Assembly (NCBI GenBank): GCA_965644495.1
Contig: CBFFSA010000015.1
Span: forward strand, 249,929 to 313,928
DNA from: Perkinsela sp. CCAP 1560/9
Taxonomy: Eukaryota; Protista; Euglenozoa: Kinetoplastea
Reading direction: 5' to 3'
DNA length: 64,000 bases
Of the stretch, positions 33,980 to 43,137 are shown piece by piece (position 1 is the first letter of the stretch; each line of letters opens with the position of its first letter). A model generated the notes under the pieces. The model was given only the letters and a program-made list of their open reading frames with translations. It was not told the origin of the DNA and searched no databases. The position numbers were made by a program, and so were the translations under genes.

Positions 33980-34111
33980 AATATGGTGTATGTACTAAAA
34001 AAGAAAGTCAAGATACGATGAAATTCATTGAATCAATTACATCCATGATTCATTTAATTCATAATGATATTATGAATTATTACACGTGAATAGCCAAAGT
34101 GCAACATTGTG

Positions 34112-34840
34112 CTACGTGCATGCGCGCATGTTTTCGACATACTCTTCGTATAGCTCTGAAAGAATTTTTCGTAGCAGGAAAGGGTTTAAACCCATGACCC
34201 CTTCTCTAGAGCCCTCAAGACGAACTACACACTTTTCCAAATCTGCATCCTCAATTACAAACCCACCACTACATTGCATGGATACCCCTCTTGCCAATAG
34301 AGTTTGAATAGTAGCATTGGGAATATCTCCGAAATGAACGCGATTTATGTCTTGAATGTATCTTGCACTACGCTGTTCATCAGAAGACTTAAAATTGTGC
34401 ATACCATTGAGATCAACTCTTTCGACACACATCCCACCAATTGTTTCTAGAAAGCTATTTCGATAATCACTAAGAAATTCTTCGTTTTGATTGCGGTCCA
34501 AAGGTTTTTCACGAATCACGCCTTCAAAAACAGTAACTTGATCCCCAGTGACAAGGAAAACGATGTTATCACCATGTAATTTTCTTTGACCACTTGATAA
34601 TTCATTTCGCAATATCTCCTTTACAGCGCTCAATTTTGCATAGCTAATCATTTTTACCAATTCCTCAGCACTATCACTGCGAATCAGTTTCTCGTTTATA
34701 TTGGGAGAAATGCATTCTATAGCGGGAATCTCTTCCAATGTAAAATGCTGACGAATAATTCCAAGACGAAAAGGTGAGCTAGACCCTAGAATTAGTTTTA
34801 ACTTGTCGGGGACGTTTACTCCATGTGAAGATTCCGCCAT
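34112..34840 (-). CDS. Maf-family nucleoside-triphosphate pyrophosphatase
   Basis: LILGSSSPFR, INEKLIR, AKL, TGDQV..F...IREKP, SGGFVIE, EGS...VMGL. Confidence 0.9.
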   Translation of the reverse strand: MAESSHGVNVPDKLKLILGSSSPFRLGIIRQHFTLEEIPAIECISPNINEKLIRSDSAEELVKMISYAKLSAVKEILRNELSSGQRKLHGDNIVFLVTGDQVTVFEGVIREKPLDRNQNEEFLSDYRNSFLETIGGMCVERVDLNGMHNFKSSDEQRSARYIQDINRVHFGDIPNATIQTLLARGVSMQCSGGFVIEDADLEKCVVRLEGSREGVMGLNPFLLRKILSELYEEYVENMRACT

Positions 34841-35128
34841 GACACAATGAATTAATATCTGCTTCAAAAAATTATTTTAAGATTATTTTTTTGTACTACT
34901 CCCTAAACCCCCGCCCATATTTTAAGAATTTTTAGGTTCTTCGTTAAGCGCGGCGACGTAATGGGTAGAGAATACGTCTCCAACCACACCATTTTTCCGA
35001 CACAAAAAGACTCCTTTGAGTCCGAAAATTACTTTTTCACCTTTTTCGGTCAAAAATGGGTCATTTTGGGAGGCGCCCTCGTATCAGAAGAATTAATAAT
35101 TATTCGTTTATAACCTACGTTGCATTTA

Positions 35129-35830
35129 GACTCTTCGTTAAACGCGGTGGTTGTTTTCAACTTAGAAGTCACTCATGCTGCGCGCTTCGCGTTGAAAACA
35201 ACCACCGCGTTTAACGAAGAGCCCAAAAAAGAAAATTTTCTTGGAAAGCTGAAGAAAACGGAAAGATTATGGCCAAAAATAGCCGATTTTCGGGTAAAAA
35301 TGGGATCTTTTTTGTGTATTCTTGCTCTCAGAGCGCTAAATCTGATATTTGCGTGTGGGAAATCACTAGTACGCGTGAAGTAAAGCCTACTGAACGTAAT
35401 GGGTATATAATGCTACTCCAACCACACCACGCTTTCGACACAAAAAGGCCTCTTGGGGTCCAAAAAATACATTTTTGCATTTTTTAGTCAAATGTGACGT
35501 TTTGGGAGGCCTACCACGGCTCGAAGAAGGGATATCTTGCGAAAACAATGGCGTAGAAAGCTAATACCCAGGGTAAAGTGGACGAGGGAGATACCAAGTG
35601 TAGGTGCGGAGGTTTCCACAGGACAAATGGCATCTCTACCTTTATAGGCGTTTGTCTTCATGCCATAAGGGAGATACCGTATTTCCTGTGGAAACCTCCG
35701 CACTACACTTGGTATCTCCCTCGTCCACTTTACCCTGGGTATTAGCTTTCTACGCCGTTGTTTTCGCAAGGTATCCCTTCTTCGAGTCGTGGTAGGCCTC
35801 CCAAAATGTTACATATTTGACTAAAAAAAG
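35129..35830. repeat. Repeat family B copy whose inner end folds back around a CCCAG/GGGAGATAC element
   Basis: ~35480-35566 is inverted at ~35740-35828. Confidence 0.75.
35567..35739. repeat. Fold-back element, CCCAG/GGGAGATAC class, instance 2
   Basis: TA|CCCAGGGTAAAGTGGACGAGGGAGATAC ... GTATCTCCCTCGTCCACTTTACCCTGGG|TA. Confidence 0.85.
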
Positions 35831-36227
35831 CCAAAAAGCCGACTTTTCGTTGAGTACTCAACGAACTTCCTGATTTTCGTTGAGATCTCAACGAATCTAC
35901 CCCCAACCCAATTTTTTTTTACCATTTGTTTCGCCAAATTGGATTTTTTTTTAAAACATTTTTCCGAAAAAATCCGAACTTGGCGGACCCGTCCTGTGGA
36001 TACGCGGGGGGGGGGTCACCCCCGGGTAGGGGGGTGAAAAATGCGCGTCAAGACCCCGGCTACCCCTTCTGAGGTTCTTTTTCGAAAAATATTTTTTTGC
36101 AAAAAAATTTGCTCGACCATGACCCCCCCCTGGACCCCCCTTTTTTTTCAATTTTTTTTTCCCGATTTTTTTGAATTTTTCAGTTTTGGACCACCGGAGC
36201 CCCCTTTTATATTTTTTTCTTCTATTA

Positions 36228-37581
36228 CTGTGCCCCCCCCACTTATAGTGCCGCGGTTTTCGACCAAACGGCACTATAAGTTGGGGGTGCACTGTGTTTC
36301 AGTTCGATTTTATTAAAGTCCATTTATTTTTCACAGAGTACATTTTTTTCAAAATTGGTACATTTGTTGGTGATTCGTGACGAAGAAGCACTGCCCCCTA
36401 TGCTTACCTTCCTCCCGCGCATGCCCCGAGATGCGCACGGCACTCGTCATCGATTAAGAGCGACTTAACTCCTATAAGACACTCGCAAAACTTCATAAGC
36501 TTAACCCCTGGTCCATCATTGAAACTTTTTGCTTTTTTCCTGAAGATTAACCGGAAACGTTTAAGAATACCTTCCGGGACTACAGTAAAGTAAACACTTT
36601 TGGTCAAGGAGGCTAAAGGGCATATGACTGAATACTACAGATTACTTTGCACTCCTTTTCCACGTTTTCTGATCTACTTTACTACTGTTCTTCATCCGAA
36701 ACATTCGAAAAAATACATCCAAAAAAGTTGTAATTAGCTTTTTTAACCCCTACCTGGCTAGGGGGGGTAGAGGGTCGCTCGAGTGAAAAGGAACTCGGAT
36801 TCGGAACGATTGGGTCGAAAAACAGTGGTATACCAAATATTTCCAAAATCGGACAAATTACAAGACCTGTAGGGGGGGGGGTAAAAGACGGTGAACACCA
36901 CTGTAGCTTTCTACGCCGTTGTTTCCACAAGATACCCCTTCTTGAAACCGTGACGGTGAAAGTGAAGCATTATTTCACATAAAAAATATTTTGTTTCGTT
37001 AATTTTTTTATGTGTTCTAAGTGTTGCCTTATCATATTTTACGGGCACTGAAAGTATTTTTCTGACATTTGTTTACATACAGCTGTACTTTTTTCGCGGT
37101 GACGGTACGTTTGATAGTGGGAAAGAAGCGCGACATAATCGGCTGAAGTTCGGCGCAGAAATTGTGAAAAGTAAGCTAAAGAGAGGAAAACATGAAGATT
37201 ATGCCCTCCGTCGCCTGTTTTAGCACCTCAAATGACATTGCGAGAACGTAGAAATCGTTCTAGAACAAGGGCAAGAGAGTTAATTTTTTCTTTTTTACTA
37301 AAATAGGGCGATAATAAATGTTTTAAAAAAAGTATGAAATAATGCTTCACTTTGACCGCCGTGACACGTCTCCAAAATGACGCCCCCCAAAATAGGTGTC
37401 CTGGCAAAACCAGGCAAAACGTGGCAAAACCTGGAAAAACCCGGCAAAACTTAACAGGTTTCAACCCTCTTACTCTACCTTTTTGGTCAAAAGAAATAGG
37501 TCAATTTTTCTGACATTTGTTTTTCAAAACGGCACTTTAAGTGGGGGGGTACCCCGCGGCACTATAAGTGGGGGGGCACAG
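36228..37581. mobile_element. TA-duplicating TIR element inserted in repeat family A
   Basis: TIR CTGTGCCCCCCCCACTTATAGTGCCGCGG / CCGCGGCACTATAAGTGGGGGGGCACAG. The empty site is visible at ~8215-8235. Confidence 0.9.
36955..37357. mobile_element. Merlin-like MITE (GG-terminal TIR, 8-bp TSD)
   Basis: ACCGTGAC|GGTGAAAGTGAAGCATTATTTCA ... TGAAATAATGCTTCACTTTGACC|GCCGTGAC. Confidence 0.75.
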
Positions 37582-37689
37582 TATATTACTGTGTTCCTCC
37601 TTATATTTTCACTGTTTTTGTTCACTTTTTCAATAATGGAGGGTAGAGTGGTAGTTATACAACCACCGCAATAAGGGAACACTAATTAA

Positions 37690-38107
37690 GGGAAGTGTAG
37701 TTGGCAGACGGTGGGCCTTATAACCTGCAGGATGGGAGTTCGATTCCTGCTATCGACAAAACTCGCAACCTGGCGGCCTCACTACAAAGGGAAAGCGATC
37801 AGGAGTGCCTTCAAGGCCCACACCGAACCCCGCTCCCCTGGAGTAACGACCCGGAACCGCAGAGCTGAACCAGGCTCCAGCGCAGCCGCTAAATTGCAAG
37901 CTGCTTACACAAAGGAGGCTTGAGATACAGCCTACACGATGCAACGGGGTTAGACGCCCGTCCTGGTAGCTACGGTTGGGTAGCCGTGCTCGGGCCGCAA
38001 GGCGTCCAGTGCCGTCTGGGAAGGGGGTAGCAAGACGATGAAGGTCGGTGACCTGAGACTCTACCCTAACGGTTGGCGCTGCATAGCCCTCCGTGTCTTC
38101 TTTTTTT
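37690..38107 (+). ncRNA. tRNA-like head plus GC-rich structured body plus T tract (candidate SINE or Pol III RNA)
   Basis: B box GTTCGATTCC at ~37738, nested stems at 37907-38096, T run at 38101-38107. Confidence 0.4.
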
Positions 38108-38142
38108 GAAAATCATTTTCCCTTAATCAGTGTAAATCTTAG

Positions 38143-38331
38143 CCCAGGCTAAAATGGAACGGGGAGATACTAAAGGCAGCTTTGAAAAACCACCACAAAC
38201 TGGAACGGTATCTCCCGTTAAATATTCTTTTGTTACATTAGAATGCTCTACAAACCGGGAGATACCGTTCCAGTTTTGTGGTGGTTTTCCAAAGGTGCCT
38301 TTAGTATCTCCCCGTTCCATTTTAGCCTGGG
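38143..38331. repeat. Fold-back element, CCCAG/GGGAGATAC class, instance 3
   Basis: CCCAGGCTAAAATGGAACGGGGAGATAC ... GTATCTCCCCGTTCCATTTTAGCCTGGG. Confidence 0.85.
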
Positions 38332-38446
38332 TCTAAAAGTGCTTCTGTTGAAAAAGGGGCGGAGTCGGAGGAGGAATATTTTTCTTATGTTTTTCGGAGC
38401 ACAAATGCCGTGATAGCCTTCTATACTAGGTCCCAAAATATTGAAA

Positions 38447-38770
38447 TACAGTAGGGCAGACGATTTTGGAAAAATATTTTTCTTGCCATTTTTTTCGCGA
38501 AGTTGATATTTTTTTGAAAAAAAAATCTGAAAACCGAACTTGGCGGACCTGTCCTGCGGATACGCGGGGGGGTCACCCCCGGGCATGGGGGTGAAAAATA
38601 CGCGCCAAGACTCCGGATACCCCTTCTGAGGGTTTGTTTCAAAAGGGAAGTGTTAGAGTATGCCGCGGCGATGATTTTTCACCCCTCCACCTGGGGGTAC
38701 CCCCCTAGTACACGCAGGAGTTATTAATATTTTGTTTTTCAATTTTGGACCGCCGGAGCCCCCTTTTATA
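38447..38770 (+). repeat. Repeat family A, copy 3 (truncated)
   Basis: Similar to 7920-8210. Confidence 0.8.
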
Positions 38771-38966
38771 CCGGTGTAACGGTTATTAGGGATAAAAGTA
38801 ATTAAGGCAGAACGAATTTAAAAATTAAGTATTGCCTTAATTAAAGTTGCCATAATTAAAGTTGTCTTAATTTTAGAGCGGGGGGGCACGCGTCTGTGGT
38901 GATCGGCAGAATATGGCAGAAATGGGCAATAATCTGCTGTTAATGAGCACTAGCGGAGAAAAAAAG

Positions 38967-39659
38967 TCACATGTAGAAAAAAAAAGACCAGCCGTTTACT
39001 TTCAACTTTCCGTTCACGCACTCCGTGAGGAATTTCCTTTTTTCTTCCCGATCGTCGTCTTCAATTCCTAGTCTGTTAGCTCGACACTTTAGTTCAACCT
39101 TTAACTGGTTGTTCATGCTTTCTACGGTGTTCGTAGAAACACCTTCGCTCGTAACCCACTCTACTCGGTGGTTTATAAATTTGTGGTTCACAAGGGAACC
39201 GAGTGCCAATCTCGCACGCCATCCGTCAGTCTTGACCACAGTGCGCGTCCCAGCGGCCAAATGCAGCACATGGAGCGTCATTGTAGACTCCGATCGATTC
39301 GCTAGGCTCTTTACAAACACTTCCTGTGCCTGATCGGTCACATTAGTTACCACCAAAGTGTGGAACCATCGATGGCCCTGCTTGCGCACGGCATGGCTGC
39401 GATTACATCCCCCCCTCTTCACCTTACTTGTACAGGTCTCATCTTTTTGCATATAATTGACGGTTCCTCCTGCATTAAGCCAACGAATATCGTGAGCTTG
39501 TGACACTAATAATATTATTTCTTGAGAGAAACGAGTAACGGTCTTGACGTTCACCTTTGCTTCGTTAACAATAAACTTGTGTGGCAATGCTTCTGCTATA
39601 CCGTACGCCGTCTCCGTTTGCTGAACAAGGGTCCTTCCTTCCAGAATTTCGCTCGACAA
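38967..39659 (-). mobile_element. Merlin / ISXO2 (IS1595-like) DDE transposase, N-terminally disrupted
   Basis: QKDET...NRSESTM...VKTDGWRA...HKFINHRVEWVTSEGVSTNTVESMNNQLK, with D-D-E retained. In-frame stops lie just upstream of a TTG start. Confidence 0.85.
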
Positions 39660-39749
39660 GCGTGTCTATCAGTACAAAGCCAGTAGTTCCCTTTCTGTTG
39701 CAACTTCCTCTATGTGACAGGATTTCCGCTTCGCGGGGCATTTTTTTTT

Positions 39750-39851
39750 GGACCGGAAGTATAAAAGGGGGGTGCTGATTTTTCGTCTGGATGAAAACGG
39801 AAGCATAAAGGTGGGGGGTGACCCCCCTGAAGCATAAAGGGGGGGTGACAG
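39750..39851. repeat. Solo right end of the 5740-6047 TIR family
   Basis: GAAGTATAAAAGGGGGGTGCTGATTTT...GAAGCATAAAGGGGGGGTGACAG|TA. Confidence 0.65.
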
Positions 39852-40051
39852 TATTTACTAGATTAGAAAGATCGTCAAAAAACAGAGAAAAGGAATAAGA
39901 ACGATAAACTATCCATTTCCTCCGAAATTACATATTTTTTATATTTAGAGCTAAGTGAATTTTGATTAAGAAGTCTTTTTTGTTTGGTACATGCAAATCT
40001 TAGCGATAATAGAAATCAAAAAACAAAGCTCAGCCTTTTTTCTAAGGCCAT

Positions 40052-42100
40052 TTACTGGCGCAGCGGCTTAGCAACCTTTTCACGTTTTTTTCCAATATCA
40101 ACGTGATACATACTTTCTTTCATACGATGACTAAACCTCTCATCAATCGAACCAATTTCTCGAGCTGCGCGGTTCATGTCGATGGAAGAAATAGGAGTAT
40201 CTTCATTAAGCTTCCCATTAAGATTTGTGGCGCTACCGAGACAGGATATTTCAGGTTGAAACTGTAGGCCTTGACGAGCTAAACGACGGGCTTGTCGTTC
40301 GATTCTATTTTCTCTTGCTTGCGCTTGTTTCTTTTGTTTGTGTAGCCTACGCTTGCGACTGCGTTTAGAAATATCATTTTCCGATCGTACGTCTTGCATC
40401 TGTTCATCTGAGTCAACTGTATTCTCCAGGTTATTTTTCTGAAAATTTCTATCTGGACTTTCCGCAGTATCTAAGTTGCTATTTCGAATTATGGTTTTCA
40501 AATCCTCAGTGGAGCATGGCGTTTCTACTCTTGTTTCCGTTTCTTCAACATTTTCGGTCTTAGAACGCTGTTTTTGACGTTGTGCCTTTCGCTTAACATC
40601 TCGTCGTTCTCCAACTGTTTTTACGTTTTGCAATGCAAGATGATACATTGATTCCTCGTGGATCTTTTCCACCACAGCATCGTCATGAGCGGTAAACTCC
40701 GTGTAAAAGTCACCATTGTTGGTGGAGTGATTAGGAAACTTGCTGACCTCACTCGATACGCTCTCTAACTCATCAATGTAAGGCTCACTAGAAATCTTCG
40801 TTGAGGACCCGTCCTCTTGCAAATCCTTTTCATTATCGTGGTCTTTATCTTCCGTTTGATAACCTTCTAGCAGGCATGCGTATTTTTCCTTTTGAGAGCT
40901 ACAAGATCTTCCCATAGTAACTTGACTTTCTTCGCTTTCAGATGCTACATAGGCATCCAAGTCACCCATTTGCATGTCTTTCATTGCAAATGCATTCTTG
41001 AGTGCAGCAGTACGCTTTAGGTCAGTCATGTCCCAAAGCAAGGAAGCCGCACTTGGAGTATTAGACATACCAGATGTTTCCCCTGTACTCGGTAAGATCC
41101 TTTCATGAGTTTGTAGTGCGGAGAGGGCAGGGGAGAGGACATATTCAAGAGGCAGAGTGTGACAATGATCAGAGACATTTTCCTCGTCAAAGTTCATTTC
41201 TTGTGGAACGTATCTTAGAAACATTACAATTCCAGCGAATTCCACTTCTCTCTCATTACATTGCTCGTATAATTCGCTAGCTGTTGCTGGTGTGTCACAT
41301 TCGATTATGGCATAGTAAAATTTTTTTCGCAGCTCACCGTATGCAATAATTTTTTCCGGATCCATATCGTTGTTGATGTCCGCCGAAGTGTCCGCCGAAT
41401 GAAATTCTTCTTCATTGGGAACTTCCGATTCTTTTTTGAGGCGTTTCATTTTCAAATGCGGCCTCTCGCTCTGGATTTTAGAATTTGACTGAATGCCCTT
41501 TTCTGCACGCCAAACATTAGGAACCTGTTCCCCTTCTCGATGCTGAATCCCCACTTCACTGACATAAATTTTTACGTCTCGTACTGCTCCACCATGTGGG
41601 GTAAAAGAATGAAATAATGCAAAAAGATCAAGGGCCGTTACGTAATCCCACTCGAATTCAACTAACGCAAGTCGTGAAGTAGCCTCTATAGTTGCATCCT
41701 CCGAGGGACACTCCGTCCCATGTTCAGTGCTTGAGACTTGAGGTACCATAGCGACTGAGTTATTATCTGACTGATTCCCTGAAAACTCCCCGATAGAGTC
41801 ATCATTTCCATCAGAACAGATTTCCATATGTTCCTTATGCATAGTTAAATGATTCTTAAAGCGTATGTCGGAAGCTGTGTCAAGCGAAGCGTCAGTAACA
41901 TTTTTATTCACGAAATGGTTTTTCTTCGGCAATTTGCATACGCGTTTTTTGCTTTCTCGGTCATTGTATTGCACTCGAGAGTTTGAATCACGATATAGCG
42001 TACGAAATCGGGGGTCGTGTAGCTCTCTAAAGCGATTGTCATTTGTACCACGAATTTTCCGACTGCGCTGAGTCGTCGCTTTTTGCGTAATTTCACACAT
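40052..42100 (-). CDS. ESF1: Pre-rRNA processing protein ESF1
   Basis: TSRLALVEFEWDYVTALDLFALFHSF.P.GG.VRDVKIY.SE.G; YYAIIECDT...A..LYEQC; N-terminal DNRF and C-terminal NUC153-like DERF. Confidence 0.85.
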   Translation of the reverse strand: MCEITQKATTQRSRKIRGTNDNRFRELHDPRFRTLYRDSNSRVQYNDRESKKRVCKLPKKNHFVNKNVTDASLDTASDIRFKNHLTMHKEHMEICSDGNDDSIGEFSGNQSDNNSVAMVPQVSSTEHGTECPSEDATIEATSRLALVEFEWDYVTALDLFALFHSFTPHGGAVRDVKIYVSEVGIQHREGEQVPNVWRAEKGIQSNSKIQSERPHLKMKRLKKESEVPNEEEFHSADTSADINNDMDPEKIIAYGELRKKFYYAIIECDTPATASELYEQCNEREVEFAGIVMFLRYVPQEMNFDEENVSDHCHTLPLEYVLSPALSALQTHERILPSTGETSGMSNTPSAASLLWDMTDLKRTAALKNAFAMKDMQMGDLDAYVASESEESQVTMGRSCSSQKEKYACLLEGYQTEDKDHDNEKDLQEDGSSTKISSEPYIDELESVSSEVSKFPNHSTNNGDFYTEFTAHDDAVVEKIHEESMYHLALQNVKTVGERRDVKRKAQRQKQRSKTENVEETETRVETPCSTEDLKTIIRNSNLDTAESPDRNFQKNNLENTVDSDEQMQDVRSENDISKRSRKRRLHKQKKQAQARENRIERQARRLARQGLQFQPEISCLGSATNLNGKLNEDTPISSIDMNRAAREIGSIDERFSHRMKESMYHVDIGKKREKVAKPLRQ

Positions 42101-42354
42101 GTTCACACAAATTGCATATCTCAGTTCTTGAAAAACAAAGTTCAATAATGTTTTTTAAGTCACACGGAAATACTCTAAACTAACTTCAAGCAAAGCGCCC
42201 TTCGCTTGAAAAAATCATACGACTTTTGTTATGACGAAAAGAATACAAACCTATAGACATAAAAGATACTTCTCGTTCGACTAAAATCTTTTACACGTAG
42301 GATCCTTAAGAAAAAGTCTTTTTACAGAAACAAATAACTCTCTTGAAAGACACC

Positions 42355-42939
42355 CTAGTGCGGATCCGGAGTGTACCCGTCCACGGCCATATTCCGTGTT
42401 GCGCTGGGTATCTCCACCACCGTCCCTTCCATATCCTTTGTGACTTTGACTTGGCACCCAAGCCGGGAAGTCGGACGCAAGTCGAACGCTAAATCCAGCA
42501 AATCCTCCTCCGCTTCACACGGCACGGGGGCCGTTGCGTAGGCCCGGGCGTCAAGGATACAGTGGCACGTGCTGCACGCCAGACTGCCCTCACACGCGGC
42601 CTCCAGACCAATATCGTGCTCCCGCGAGACCTCCAGCAGGGTCTGGCCCTCACGTGCGGTCACTGTCTTGTGCCCATCCGGCAGCTTGTTCCCTTTCCAG
42701 GTAAACGTGACGGGATCCCCTCCGCAGGTACGCTGCGAATGAGAACGTACCGAGAAAACGTATGGAGGAACACGATGTTTTGCGGACCGCATGCCTTGTA
42801 AACAGGCATGCGCTGGGCGAGAGTGAATTCTGAATAAGGGATAGGTGCCATGGTGAGGTGCCACGGGGTGCGTTATTCCGTGCCATAAGGCTCTTTTCCA
42901 ATGCGACATTGTATAACTCATCATTTTCATTCTGGACAT
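42355..42939 (-). CDS. Mitochondrial [2Fe-2S] ferredoxin (adrenodoxin-type)
   Basis: ACEGSLACSTCH, EEDLLDLAF, SRLGCQ, PSATRNMAVDG. Confidence 0.95.
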   Translation of the reverse strand: MSRMKMMSYTMSHWKRALWHGITHPVAPHHGTYPLFRIHSRPAHACLQGMRSAKHRVPPYVFSVRSHSQRTCGGDPVTFTWKGNKLPDGHKTVTAREGQTLLEVSREHDIGLEAACEGSLACSTCHCILDARAYATAPVPCEAEEDLLDLAFDLRPTSRLGCQVKVTKDMEGTVVEIPSATRNMAVDGYTPDPH

Positions 42940-43137
42940 ATTAGGTATCTTTCTACGGATACCACAGTTTTAAAGATCTCATAGATAAAAAGATTTTTTT
43001 CCGTTCGAAGTATGAATAAAAAAGTGATTAGTCAACTAAAATAATGAGCTTGCAAAGAAAAAACTGTCGACAACTTACAGTCAGGGGTGTATAAGTGAGT
43101 AGAAAAATAAAAAAATGGTATGAGGAATTTATGTAGA

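Noticed and set aside
38034-38066. Hammerhead-like ACGATGA-AGGTC-GGT-GACCT-GAGAC
   Set aside because: The core deviates (no CUGA, GAGA instead of GAAA) and no stem I can be built.
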